Shown piece by piece: positions 39,345 through 54,200 of a stretch of 64,000 bases of DNA. Position 1 is the first letter of the stretch; every line of letters begins with the position of its first letter. Location of the stretch: positions 121,086,001-121,150,000 of the forward strand of contig OZ024741.1 of NCBI GenBank assembly GCA_964016885.1. The letters are read 5' to 3'. Source of the DNA: Eledone cirrhosa (Eukaryota). The notes beneath the pieces were generated by a model that was given only the letters and a program-made list of their open reading frames with translations, searched no databases and was not told where the DNA came from. The translations under genes and the position numbers were made by a program.

Positions 39345-41820
39345 TGAGAACAACTGGAAGGACTTCAGGAGCTCGGTCTATGAGGCTTCAGCAGAGGTCC
39401 TTGGCTTTGTCACAAGAAAACAAGGACTGGTTTGATGAGAATGACCAGGAGGTCAAGGCTCTGCTAGACAGAAAACAAAAGGCACTTGATGCAGTTCTTA
39501 AAGGTGGTATCTCTATTGGTGACAATTATGAGCGTTACAGACAGGTAAAGAAGGAAGTGCAGGTGAAACTCAGGGCTATGCAAAATACCTGGTGGAGCAA
39601 CAAAGCAGATGAAGTTCAAGTGGCCTCTGACGGCAACAATGTGAAACTGCCACACTTTCTACTCACAGAGGTGTATGGTCCTTTCAGCTCTCCAGTGGCC
39701 CCTTTGAGATCGAAAGATGGCAAGCAATTACTGCGCGACCCAAAAGACACTCGACAGATAGAGAGATCACTTTGATGAGCTCTTAAACCAGGTTGATGAT
39801 GATTTCATTTGTTCCATTCCTATTGAACCAGTGAAGCTTATAATATGGCTAATGTATCTTCTCTTGCAGAGGGGACTTCTGTTGTGCATAAGCTGAACTG
39901 TGGTAAGTCTCCTGGTATGGATGGTCTGAGTGGAGCGGTTTTGAAGTGTGGTGGTGAAAACTTCACGCAGCGCCTGACTGACCTCATGAAAATGGTGTGG
40001 GAAGATGAGAATGTCCCACAAGAAGGATGCGCTCATGGTGATTCTCCATAAAGGAAAGGACGGCAAGGACAAATGTGGCAATTATCATGTCATATCCCTT
40101 CTTTCAGTAGTTGGTAAAGTCGTGTCGAATATTGATGGATAGATTGATCCCAAGAGTTGCTCTGAATGTGTTGCCTGAGTCGCAGTGTGGGTTCAGAAAC
40201 GAAAGAGGAACAGTGGATATGATCGTTTCTGCTCGGCAGCTGCAAGAAAAGTGTATCGAACAATGTATGGACCTTTACTAGGTCTTTGTTGACTTGACAA
40301 AGGCCTTTGACACTGTCAATCGAACTGCGTTGTGGGAAAAAAATCCAAGTTAGGGTAGAAGATTCTGCATCTTTTCCATGATGACATGAAGGCTTTGGTC
40401 AGTATTGGTGGTAGCATCTCTGAACCAATATCAGTTAAAAATGGAGTGAAGCACGGGGACATTCCGTCTCCAACTCTGTTTTCCTTATATTTTACGAAAG
40501 TGTTTCTCATGGCATTCAAATATTGTTCTCGTGGGGTTTACATCAGGTATCGCACTTCAGGAAGGTTGTTCAACACCAGGCACTTTGGTACAAGCACAAA
40601 GGTATTAACATCTATAATCCGAGAGTTTTTATATGCAGACGGCTGCGATCTTTTTGCACACTCACAAAGTGACATGCAGCATATTATGAACTCTTTTTCT
40701 GCAGCTTGCAGCACTTTGGGCGTCACAATAAGCTTGGAAAAGACTGTTGTGATGTATCAGCTAGTACCTGGAAACGAGTACACTGCACCAAGTGTGTACG
40801 TGTACGGAAAGAGGCTAAAAGTTGCTGACAAGTTTGTTTACCTTGGTAGTACGTTGAACACTTCATGCACACATGATAATGAAATATCCTTAAGAATCAA
40901 GAAAGCCAGTGATGCTTTTGGACGGCTGCATCAACGTTTATGGTCCAGACGAGGTATCACTATCGAAACCAAGGTGAAAGTGTATCTGACTTGTGTCGTC
41001 TCCTCTTTACTTTATGTTTGTGAAACGTGGGTCACATACAGAAAGCACCTCAAGGATCTGGAGAGATTTCACCAACAATCTCTTCATAAGTTATTTGGGG
41101 TGTGGTGGAAAATGTTCGCCAGTGATTTGGAAGTTCTAGAACGGAGCAGGTGCGTGACTATAGAGAGCATAATCTTTCGGTATCGGTTGAGGTGGTGCAG
41201 TCACGTGGTCCGGATGTCTGATGATCGTATTCCAAAGCAACTTCTCTATGGAGAACTGTGTGAAGGAAGGCGACCACCACATAAACCAAAAAGGCGGTAC
41301 CGGGACTGTATCAGGGGCACCTTGGCTTGTGCTGGAATTTCATCTGACGAATGGGAGAAAATGGCTGACGAGCGTGTGAAGTGGAGACGTTTGATCAAGT
41401 CAGGCGGTGAACACTTTGAAACTCGTCGGAGAGAACACCTAACACTGAAAAGGAAGGTGAGGATTGAGACTGTTCTGAACTGCCTGCTGTTGAACATCCT
41501 CTGGTTTGTCAGCACTGTGGTCGAGTCAGCCTGAGCAAAGCTGGTTTGATTAGACATGAACAAAGTCATATCAGTAGACCTCATGTAGATTATGATCTGA
41601 AAAGGTGTAAGAAATGTACAAGCATGGGAGGTCCTTAAAAGATACATGTGAACATACAGCCAGAACAAAGCAATGGAATGTTTCGGGGGAGCCTAAAGTT
41701 GCCATGTGTGTGCCAGAGGGTGCAAGTATTTGGCTAGTTTAAAGAGTCACATTTGTGCTTCACATTTTTGAACATTTTATCGGGCGATGGCAATACTTGA
41801 ACACGAGTTTGCAGCCATCA
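39345..41820 (+). mobile_element. Degraded RTE (BovB-like) LINE within (TGTA)n
   Basis: KSPGMDG, LPESQCGFR, FVDLTKAFDTV, GVKHGDIPSPTLF, LYADG, FVYLGS, RIPKQLLYGEL; several frameshifts and stops; C-terminal C2H2-like motifs. Confidence 0.9.
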
Positions 41821-42875
41821 TGTATGTATGTATGTATGTATGTATGTATGTATGTATGTATGTATGTATGTATGTATGTATGTATGTATGTATGTATGTA
41901 TGTATGTATGTATGTATGTCGGGTCACTCTTGAGTGCTATTGGTAACATGTAACCCAGTACAACCTGTCGCATGGTCGGGTCGTCGGCGACTGAGGAGGG
42001 TGATTTTGGGACATCCTGCAGGACAAAAAACAAAACCTGACAAAGGGTGGAAGATCTCATAAGAGTCAACGGCCATCCAAAAGTGTGTAAATATGTATAT
42101 ACACATGTACATATGTATGTATATGTATATGTGTATATGCATGGGTGCATGTGTATGTACATGCGCGGGGACATAGAAATAATCGGGCTGGACACCCGAT
42201 CGCGCGGTTAAACCACTGGGAGTGAAGGACCCCTAGCCTTTGTCAGGGCATTCTTCTAGGAGAAGGCAACTCAGGAAACTGGGATAACTCCGATATAAAA
42301 CCTGCGGCTCAGTAGTTACCGATGATGTTGATCTTTTCTTCTTTTCGGGTTATAGCTATTGTCGCTCAGAGAGTGGGATTGGCTCAGTGCACAGTCTTTC
42401 CTCATTAAAAAAAATATCTTCATGCACAGGCATTGCATGATAGAATTAATTAATAATTATTAATAATGGTATATCGTGCAATGGCCATACTCGATAACGA
42501 GGGGGCAGCCATCATGTATGCATGCATGCGTGTATGTATGTGTGTGTATGTTTGAGTGTGTGTGTGTGTGTGTTTGAGTGTGTGTGTGTGTATATATGTG
42601 TGTGTGCGTGCGTGTGTGTATATATATATATGTGTGCATGTGGGTGTGTATATATATATCTCCATATACATATTTATTCAACTGATATAGGCTGGATTGG
42701 TTGGAATATTCTGACGCGAATTCTTTCTGTTCTGTTAAATCGAAACAAATTTTGACTTTTTATTTGAGGTTTTCTATATAAGAGACCGGGAGGCCATGTT
42801 GATACTATGAAGGCCATTTGTCCTAAGCCGCCTGGACTATTGCTCCCAGCTGTGGTCACCCGATAGTATCAAACT

Positions 42876-43360
42876 AACCACGGAACTTGAGACAATCCAA
42901 CGAAGCTACACCAAGAGCATTGCATGATGAAGGAGATGAGTTACTGGGAGAGGCTAAAAGAACTGAAACTCTAGTCCTTGGAACGAAGACGGGAGAGATA
43001 CGCAGGGATATACATATGGAAAATCCTGGAGGGACTAGTGCCAAACTTTGGTATTGAGAGCGGGACCAACCCCCGAACAGGACGTCACTGTGTGGTGACA
43101 AAGGTCCCGTCTTCCACATCTAGAACAAGAAGCAGATATTGCAATAGACTGGGGTTCAAAGGCCCTCAACTCTTCAACAAACTGCCGAGGGATTTGAGAG
43201 ATCTACATGGTGTGGCCGTTGATATTTTCAAGAAACTTCTCGACACCCTGTTATCCAGGATCCCGGATGAGCCCACATCATGGTACGAAGGAAACCTAAG
43301 AACAGCAGCAACGAACTCCCTCTTACATCAATGGCCAGCCAACACAGGCTGGAGATAGAA
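42876..43360 (+). mobile_element. CR1/Jockey-group LINE 3' fragment
   Basis: LERRRERY..IYIWKILEGLVPN...GPQLFNKLP...FKKLLD..L..IPDEP. Confidence 0.65.
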
Positions 43361-43670
43361 TGTGTAGCAACATGGTCTCAGCCGGATGGCTGGAACAGCT
43401 AAAAGAGTATATATATATATATTTAATATAGAAATGGCTTCAACAGGACTAGAACTGTTTCATATCAGAAAAGCCAACTGTCAATGTAATATGGTGGTAT
43501 TTTCTGGTGGTAGGGGAGGGTAGTAAATTGATGCTAAATAGACAAACACATACACACTGACAGGCACTCCTAATTTTCAAGATTCATTTATTCCAAACAA
43601 AGGGTTTTCATTGAGTGTCAATATTAAAATGCTCTGCTAAAAGATATAAATATGTGTGTGTGTGTTTGTG

Positions 43671-43705
<35 letters not shown>

Positions 43706-43710
43706 TTGTG

Positions 43711-43753
<43 letters not shown>

Positions 43754-43804
43754 TTGTGTATATATATATATATGTGTGTTTGTGTGTATATATATATATA
43801 TATA

Positions 43805-44617
43805 TGATAATAAGGGCGCTGCGGAGTTGCAAATGGGTTACATATGAAAAAAGTTTGTCCTTCATCAGTGATCTTCCAACTATCATAGGCATTTCATCGC
43901 TTTAAAGACCATATACCTCCGGTTGGTGCGAGCAACGGCTAAAAAAAGTCGTTGAGACACGTAAATAAAGGGGACGCGAGGGTAAACAAACAAAATGCTG
44001 AGGCAACAGAAAGTGAGGAAGAAGGAGACAAGTCCCAGATTTCTATGAATTTAAGTTCGGTGAAATCGTGAACGAGAGAATAAAGACCATCAAACCTGGT
44101 TGAAATGTGAGCAAGGAAGGAATTTCGCACAGGTCTAACGGGAGGAAGAAGGGGTCTGGTCTGCGAATTCGGTAAACATAAGTTCTGTGAAATCGTAGAC
44201 GAGAGAGAAAAAATTCCGACCAGCTTGGCTGAGAATGTGAGAGAAAAGAGTTACTCACAGGTCAAACAGGAAGAAAGAGGAGGAGGAGGAGAGGTAGTGA
44301 CAGAGAATGAGTGAGTGAAGGGTAAAGTGAGGAAGAGGCTAACAGAGAGAGAGAATGCTAGAAAGGGTAAAGATACATAGAACGAAAAAGACGGTCTAGC
44401 AGCAGAGGAAAAAATATGTGTAAATATGATAATAAGGGCGCTGCAGAGTTGCAAATGGGTTACATATGAAAAAAGTTTGTCCTTCATCAGTGATCTTCCA
44501 ACTATCATAGGCATTTCATCGCTTTAAAGACCATATACCTCCGGTTGGTGCGAGCAACGACTAAAAGAAGTCGTTGGGACACGTAAATAAAGGGGACGCG
44601 AGGGTAAACAAACAAAA
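43805..44617. repeat. About 190-bp direct repeat (43805-43995 and 44425-44617); part also at 30838-30882
   Basis: Direct sequence identity; duplicated ORF starts MPMIVGRSLMKDKL. Confidence 0.85.
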
Positions 44618-44669
44618 TGATATATATATATATATATATGTGTGTTGTGTGTGTGTGATGTGTGTGTGT

Positions 44670-45425
44670 GCAAATTTCAATAATATTAAGACACGCTAAT
44701 GGGGGTTAAACGCCCTATAGTGAAAAGTTTGGCCAATAAATGGAACAAGATATTACGAACTCCTCCTATGGTTTTGGAGATAGACTCCCATAACCATATA
44801 TATTCTGAAACTACATTCCCCAGGGTACTTGTATAAGTATATTTCATTTTAATCAAAGGGTTCATCGGAGGCACAAAACCGCCGCTGAAACTTTACCTTC
44901 GATTTATATGAAATTTAAACCATAGGTAAATGACAAGATATGATGCCTATTCACAAAATTTCAGCAAATTTCAATAAAATTAAAATACCCTAATGGGGGT
45001 TAAACCCCCTATTAGGGTTCACCGGTCACACAAACCCCTGCTGAAAATGTTTTCCCTTCGATTTATATGCAATTTAAACCATAGGTAAACGACAAGATAT
45101 GATGCTTATTCACATCATTTCAGCAAATTTCAATAAAATTACAATACCCTAATGGGGGTTAAACCCCCTATTAGGGTTCACCAGGGGGCACAAAATCCCC
45201 GCTGAAAATTTTTTCGGTTAGATTTATATGCAATTTAAACCATAGATAAATGAAGAGATATGATGCCTATTCACAAAATTTCAATACTATAAGACACCTT
45301 AATGGTGGTTAAACCCCCTATTAGGGTTCCCCGGGGGTACAAACCCCCGCTGAAAACTTTTCCCTTTCGATTTATATGAAACTTAAACCATAGGTAAATG
45401 ACAAGATATGATGCCCATTCACAAA
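44670..45425. repeat. About 155-160-bp tandem repeat (4-5 units) with internal hairpin CCCTAATGGGGGTTAAACCCCCTATTAGGG
   Basis: GCAAATTTCAATA recurs at 44670, 44964 and 45123; followed by a CTAGT end at about 45668. Confidence 0.8.
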
Positions 45426-45714
45426 AGTTTTCAATTGATATTTTGAAAAAAATTATTTACAAGAAACAAAATAAGAATAAGATTTAATAATGCAATTTTG
45501 ATTTGATATATTACAAAAAATGATGTTTTCCAATTTTTCATGCATTACATTTTACATTGAGTAATATTGAGTTTTTCTCCATAAATTATATCACTGATTT
45601 AAAATCAATCATCATTTTCTTACAAAAAAAATGTGTGAAACGCAGCAAGGCACTGGTAATTCGACTAGTATATATATATATGTGAGTGTGTGTATATATA
45701 TATATATATGTGTG

Positions 45715-46320
45715 TGTGTGTGCTCATTATGTAGGAGAGGTGTAGGTAGAAACTCCATCCTCTGCCCCATATGCAAACTATGGGTACACAAGAGATGTAG
45801 TGGGATCTCAGGAAGTTTAGTTAAGAATGTAGGCTTTACATGTAGCAGTTGCACCAGGACAGTAAGCAGCAAACAATCACTGAAAACAAGTGACATCAAA
45901 GTCTGGGAGGACTTGGTAAAAACAATACCGTATTAGCAGCGGGGAGGGGGGGGGGTTCTGAAAGAACGGGATGGAAGAAGTTGAGGGAGCTACTGTCACA
46001 GCTGGATACAAAAGGCTTTTCTCTCAGAATAAAAGGTAGACTGTATGATGTGTGCATATGAACGGCAATGTTGCATGGTAGTGAGAGCTGGGCGCTGTGT
46101 GTAGAAGACTTGCGTAGATTAGAAAGGAATGAAGCTTGTATGCTCCGATGGATGTGTAATAGTAATATACGCGAACAGCAAAGCATAAACAAACTGAAAG
46201 AGAAACTAGGCATAAGAGGAATCAAATGTTGTGTGCAGGAGAGGAGATTATGTTGGTATGGACATGTGATTCGTATGAAGGATGACAGCTACATAAAGTC
46301 CCAGAAAGACTTGAGATGAA
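45715..46320 (+). mobile_element. RTE-clade LINE fragment related to 742-1665
   Basis: CSLCRRGVGRNSILCPICKLWVHKRCSG; LHGSESWAL...RRLCWYGHVIRM. Confidence 0.85.
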
Positions 46321-46715
46321 GTGATAAAAGCCGACCTTGCCCAATTGCACCTCTGAAAGGCAATGACACAGGACCAAGATCTTTGGCGTTATGAGGTAAT
46401 ACAGAAACCCCAACTTCCCACGGGCCCAGGCCAAGGCTGAAACATACATACAGTATGCACCACTCCATCCCACCCGCCAATATATCTTTCATGAGAACAG
46501 GCCGAAACACTGTAAAGTGGTCGTGATGGTGACACGGTAAAAAACACCCAGTCCACACTGTAAAGTAGTCGTGGAAGAATCACAACAAAAAACACCCAGT
46601 ACTCACTGTAAATGAGCTTGGCATTAGGAAGGGTATCCAGCTGTAGAAACCAAGCCAAAATCAGTTCTTTATGAGCAAGACATGGTCACCTGACCTAACA
46701 TTGCCAACAATAGAA

Positions 46716-47215
46716 GGCACATGGCTCAGTGGTTAGAGCATTGGGCTTGCAATTGAAAGGTTGTGAGTTTAATTCTCGGACCGGGTGATGTGTTGTTTCC
46801 TTGAGCAAGACACTTTATTTCACATTGCTCCAGTTTACTCAGCTGTAGAAATGAGATGATAGGACTGGGGTTCCTATCATTCGACTGCTTGCAAGGGTGG
46901 GACGGGAACTGATTCTGGCTTGATTTCTACAGCTGGATGCCCTTCCTAACACCAACCTCATTTACAGTGAGTGCTGGGTCCTTTTTTCCCGTGGCACCTC
47001 CACATCCACTTTACAGTGTGGGCTGGGTGCTTTTTTGCCGTGGCACCTCCACGACCACTTTGCAGTGGAATGATAGGGACCCCAGTCCTATCATCTCATT
47101 TCTACAGCTGAGTAACTGGAGCAATGTGAAATAAAGTGTCTTGCTCAAGGAAACAACACATCACCCGGTGTGAGAATTGAACTCACAACCTTTCCATTGC
47201 AAGGCCAATGCTCTC
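46716..47215. mobile_element. Two oppositely oriented SINE family B heads forming an inverted repeat
   Basis: About 46735-46882 versus the reverse complement at about 47069-47215. Confidence 0.75.
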
Positions 47216-47221
47216 AATATG

Positions 47222-47271
<50 letters not shown>

Positions 47272-47278
47272 TATATAT

Positions 47279-48331
<1,053 letters not shown>

Positions 48332-48449
48332 CTAAGCCGACCTTTCCCAATTGCACCTCTCAAGGGCAATGACACACGACCATGACCTTTGGCGTCACAC
48401 AGTAATACAGAAGACCCGACTTTCCACAGGAACATATAGACAATATTTG

Positions 48450-51130
48450 TTTTCCTTTGTTTTTTTATGTCCTATCAACTAATCCGACCTCCAAAATGCT
48501 TGCAATTGACTATTTTTTTAGCATATTAACAACAATTATGATTTTCACTGCAATTAAAAATGACTAGCTTTGTGAATGGTTTTTCCACCCACTTCCTGCC
48601 TTCATTTTTCTACAAAGCTAATCATTGACGATAGGTTTCAAAGTTATAATCATTCATAATATGTGAAAAAAATAGTCAACTGTGAGCATTGGTGTGATGT
48701 AAATGGTAGGAGTAGGTGTTCTGTAATAAATTTACCATATGGTGAAGTATGGTTATGGTGAAGTATATGGTATGGATTGAGGTAGATTAATGTGCTGTGG
48801 TGTGCTTTGTTATAAGTGAGGATTTAAATTTCCACTTTGATTTATGTTATAAAAAAAATTTTTTCCTTCTTTTTTGCATGTGCTATCAACTTCCAAGATG
48901 CTCGCAGTGGACTATGCTTTTAGCATATTAACAAAAAATATGACTTCCGCTCCAATAAAAAATGACTAGCTTTGTAAATGATATTTCCACCCACATCCTC
49001 CCTCTTTTTTCTACAAAGCTAGTCATTTTCATAAGGTTTCCATGTCATAACCATTGATAATATGTGCATAAAATAGTAATTTGCGAGCAACATTTATGTC
49101 AAATTGGGTGGTAAGCACAAAAAAAAAACAAAAAAACATGCCAGATGAAAATTTGTCATATCAAAATCAATAGCTTGGTGTGATGTAGTATGGCGTGGTT
49201 TGGTGAAGTTTCTACAAAGATAGTCATTTTCGACAGGTTTCCAGGTCATAATTATTGATAAGTGGGAAAAAAATAGTCAATTGGGAGCATCTTTAATGTC
49301 AGATTGGGGGGTAAGCACATACACACACACACAAAAAAAAGGAAACGGAAGAAATTTTTTCACACCAAGATCAATAGCTTGGTGTGATGTAGTATAGTGT
49401 AACTTGGTATGGTGTGGTCTGGTTTGGTGAAGTTATGAAATGGAAACCAATTCTAAACGATAGATTCCCAAGTCATATTCATTGATAATGTGGGAAAATA
49501 GTCATTTGCAAGCACCTTTGATGTTAGTTTGGGTGGTAAACACAAAAAAAAAAAAAAGAAGGTAGCAAATTTGTCACATTGATGTCCATACCATGGTGTG
49601 ATGTAAATGATAGGAGTAGGTGTTCTGTAATAAATTTACCATAATATGGTGCTGTTTGATATGGTGTGGTTTGGGGTAGATTAATGTGGTGTGGTGTATT
49701 TTGTTATAAGTAAGGAATTAAATTTCCACTTTGATTTATGTAAGAAAAAAACTTTTTCCTTCACTTTTGCATGTGCTATCAACTAATACAACTTCCAAGA
49801 TGCTCGCAGTGGACTATGCTTTTAGCATATTAACAAAAAATATGACTTCCGCTGCAATACAAAATGACTAGCTTTGTAAATGGCATTTCCACCCATATCC
49901 TCCCTCTTTTTTCTACAAAGCTAGTCATTTTCGACAGTTTTCCAATTATTGATAATATGTGCGAAAAATAGTCAATTGCAGCACCTTTGATGTCAGCTTG
50001 GGTGGTAAGAACACACAAAAAAAAAAAAAAAAGAAACAGGAAGAAAAATTTTTCACACTGAGATCAAAAGCATGGTGTGATGTAGAATGGTGTAGTTTGT
50101 TATGGTGTGGTTTGGATTGTTGTAGTTATGACATGGGAACCTATTGCAAATGATAGGTTTCCATGTTATATACATTGATAATGTGTAAAAAAATAGTCAT
50201 TTGTGAGCACCTTTGATATCAGATTGGGTGGTAAGCACACACACACACAGAAAAAAAAAAACAGGAAGAAAAATGTTCTCACTGAGATTAATAGCATGGT
50301 GTGATGTAGTATGGTGTAGTTTGGTATGGTGTAGTTTGATGTAGTTTAATGTGGTATGGTTTTCCAACCTCCAACATGCTCACAGCCGACTATGCTTTTA
50401 CCATCATCATCATCATCATTTTACGTCCACTTTTCCCTGCTTGCAAGGGTTGGACGGGAACTGATTCTGGCTTGATTTCTACAGCTGGATTCCCTTCCTA
50501 ACACCAACCTCATTTACAGTGAGTGCTGGGTGGTTTTTGCCGTGGCACCTACACGACCACTTTGCAGTGGAATGATAGGGATCCCAGTCCCTATCATCTC
50601 ATTTCTACAGCTGAGTAAACTGGAGCAATGTGAAATAATGTATCTTGCTTACCTGGTCTGAGAATTGAACTCACAACCTTTCGATTGCAAGGCCAATGCT
50701 CTAACCACTAAGCCATGTGCCTCCATTACCATATTAACAACAAATATGACTTTCACTGCAATCAAAAATGACAAGCTTGTGAATGGTATTTCCACCCACT
50801 TTCCGCCCTCTTTTTTCTACAAAGCTAGTCATTTTCAACAGATTTCAAAGTCTTCATTGATAATATGTGCAAAAAATAGTTAATTGCGAACACTTTTAAT
50901 GTAAGATTGGGTGGTAAGCACACACACAAAAAAAGACAAAAAAAGCAGGAAGAAAATTTTCCACACTGAGTTCAATAGCATGGTGTGATGTAGTATGGTG
51001 TAGTTTGTTATGGTGTGGTTTGGTTTGGTGTAGTTTGGTATGGTTTAGTTTGGTGTAGTTATAACATGGAAACCTATCATAAATTTACCAAGGTATGGTA
51101 TAATCTGGTTTGGTGTAGTGTAGGTTAGTG
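48450..51130. repeat. Diverged complex tandem repeat region
   Basis: Recurrent TTTCTACAAAGCTAGTCATTTTC and TTGGGTGGTAAGCACA motifs; an approximately 900-bp duplication (48690 versus 49596). Confidence 0.7.
50405..50722 (-). mobile_element. SINE with family B tRNA head and RTE-derived 3' tail
   Basis: Head TGGCTTAGTGGTTAGAGC...GAGTTCAATTC; the tail matches 742-790; probable TSD TTACCAT. Confidence 0.8.
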
Positions 51131-51254
51131 TGGTGTGTTATTGTGTTGCATCGTATAGCGTGATTCTCTTTAAATTAAAATCATTAAAATGTAATGCCTA
51201 TCTTCTATATCTTAAAGAGTGACCTTAAATGTGATTGCAAATGACTTTTTTCTC

Positions 51255-54200
51255 TGGGTTAATGTTAGATTTAGGGTTAGTGTTAGGGTAAGTTTTACTG
51301 TTAATGGTAAGTTTATTGTTAGTGACTGTGTTACTGTTAGCATTACTGTCACTGTTAGTGTTACTGTAACTGTTACTCTTACAGTTACTGTTTGCGTTAC
51401 TGTCTGCATCAGCGTTAACATTTGCATAAGCGTCTATGTAAGCTTTTGTGTTAGTGTCTATGTAGACTGGTGTTAGCATCTGCGTTAGTGTTTGGATTAG
51501 CCTTAGTGTTTGCGTAAGTGTCAGCATCTATGTCAGCATTTGCGTCAGCGTCTGCATTGGTGATAGTGATTGTGTCAGCATTTCCTTTAGCGTGTGAGTC
51601 AACATTAGTGTTAGCATTAGTGTTTGTTTCAGAGCCTGCGTCTACGTCAGCTTCTGAGTCAGCATTATCATTAGCGTCCGCGTCAGCACTTGTGTCAGTG
51701 TCAGCATTTCCCTCAGTGTCAGCGTTTGCATCAGCGTGCACGTCAGCATTTGCATTAGTGTTTGAGTCAGTGTTAGCATCAGCGTTTGCATTTATGTAGG
51801 GGTTAGCATTTGCGCCAGCATCTGCATCAGCATTCACATTAGCATTAGCGTTTGCGACAGCGTTTCCTTTAACGTCTTTGTCAGCATTTCCGTTAGCGTC
51901 TGTGTCAGTGTTTCCGTTAGCTTCTACGTCAACATTTCCGTTAGCATCTATGTCAGTGTTTCCGTTAGATTCTACGTCAGTGTTTCCGACCGCGTCTGTG
52001 TCAGCGTCAGTATTTACATCTACATCAGCGTCAGCGTTTCAGTTAACGTCAGTGTTTACGTTAGCGTCTGTGTCAGCGTTTACGTTAGCTTCTACGTCTG
52101 CGTCAGCGTTTCCGTTAGCATTGGCGTTTCCATTAACCTTTCCTGTGGCGTCCGCATCATTTCAGCGTCTGCATATCCCATGTAAGCGTTAACTTCAGCA
52201 TTTGCGTCAGCGTTAGCGTTAGCCTTAGCCCTAGCGTCCGCATCAGCATTTGCGTTAGCGTCAGCATACACGCCAGCGCCGGCAAAACTGCCTCAACATT
52301 TGCGTCAGCGTTAGCGTTAGCTTTGGCTTTAGCAATCGGCATCAGCAATTGCGTTTTGGAGATCAGCTTCGGTGGTAAGGGTAAACGCTAACTTCTACGC
52401 CTGCTTCTACGTTAACAACTACGTCAGCGTTTTGTTAGCTTCTACGTCAGGGTTTACGTTAGCTTCTACATCAGCATCTAGGTTAGCTTCTACGTCAGCG
52501 TCTACGTTAACATCTACGTCATCGTTTACGTTAGCTTCTACGTCAGAATCTACATTAGCTTCTACGTCAGCGCTTACATTAGTGTCTATGTCAGCGTTTG
52601 TGTTAGCTTCTACGTCAGCGTCTGTGTCAGTGTCTGTATTTACATCTACATCAGCGTCAGCGTTTACATTTGCGTCTGTGTCAGCTTTTACGTTAGCTTC
52701 TACGTCATCGTTTACATTAGCGTCTGCGTCATCGTTTACGTTAGCGTCTGTGTCAACGTGTGTTAGCATCTGTGTCAGCGTTTATGTTAGCGTCTGCGCC
52801 AGTGTTTATATTAGCATCTGCGTCAGTGTTTACGTTAGCATCTGTGTTAACGTGTGTTCGCGTCTGCGTCAGCGTCTGCGTCAGCATTTTCATTAGTGTT
52901 TGCTTCAGTGTTTCCTTTAGCTTCTACGTCAATGTTTACGTCTGCGTTAAGGTTCACATTAGCATCGCTGTCATCGTTTGCGTCAGCATTTGCGTTTGCT
53001 TTAACATCTGCATCAACATTTGCGTCTGTGTTTGCATTAATGTCTGCATTTGCTTTAGTGTTTGCATCAGCGTAAGCATTTGTGTCAGTGTCCACGTCAG
53101 CGTTAGAGTCTGTGTAGCATTTACATCAGCGTGTGCGTCAGAGTCTTTGTCAGCATTCGCCTTTGCACCTGCATCAGTATTCACGTTAGTGTTTGTGTCA
53201 GCGTAAGCGATTGTGTCAACATTTGCGCTAGCGTTTGTGCCAGCAGACCCATCTTCGTCAGTGTCAGCATTGGCGTTAGTGTTAGTGTTAGTGTTTCCAT
53301 TAGTGTTCGTGTTAGTGTTTGATTTTCTATTAGTGTTAGCATTTTTGTTAGTGTTAGTGTTCAGATTAGTGTTAGTGTTTGTATTAATGTTCAGGTTAAT
53401 GTTGACTTAGTTTTCTGGTTAGTGTTAGTTTTCAGGCTAGGGCTCGTGTTACTTTTAGTGTTAGTGCTCAGGTTAGTGGTTTATGGTAGTGTTAGTTTTA
53501 GTGGTAGTGTTAGTGTTCAGGTTAATGTTCGTGTTAATGTCAGTTTTAGTGTTAGTGTTCAGGTTAGTGTTAGTGTTTACGGTAGTGTTAGTTTTAGTGT
53601 TAGTGTTATTTTTTCCATTAGTGTGAGTGTTTTATTTTGTGTTAATGTTTGTGTTAGTGTTTCCATTAGTGTTAGTGCTAGTCTTTGTTTTTCTGTTAAT
53701 GTTAGTGTTTGTTTTAGTATTGAGGTTAATGTTAGCTTAGTTTTCTGGTTAGTATCAGTTTTCGTGTTAGTTTTAGTGTTAGTGTTCAGGTTAGTGTTAG
53801 TGTTTTTTTTAGTGTTAGTTTTTATGGTAGTGTTAGTGTTACTGTTAGTGCTCAGATCAATGTTAGTGTTTGTGTTACTGTTTATGGTAGTGTTAGTTTT
53901 AGTGCTAGTGTTTAGGTTAATGTTAGTTTTAGTGTGAGTGTTCAGGTTAGTGTTAGTGTTCAAGTTATGTTAGTGTTAATGTTAGTTTTAGTGTTAAGGT
54001 TAGTGTTAGAGATTGTGTTAGTGTTTGTTTTTGTGTTAATATTTGTGTTAGTATCTCTGTTAGCATTAGTGATTGATGTTTCCATTAGTGTTAGTGATTG
54101 TGTTAGCGTTAGTCTTTGTTTTTGTGTTAATGTTAGCATTAGTATTTCTGTTAGTGTTAGCATGAGTGTTTGTGTTAGTGTTCAGGTTAATGTTAGCTTA

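Noticed and set aside
43850-43880. Minus-strand CTGATGAAGGA (also near 44485 and 30845)
   Set aside because: No downstream GAAA or stem III; only half of a hammerhead core.
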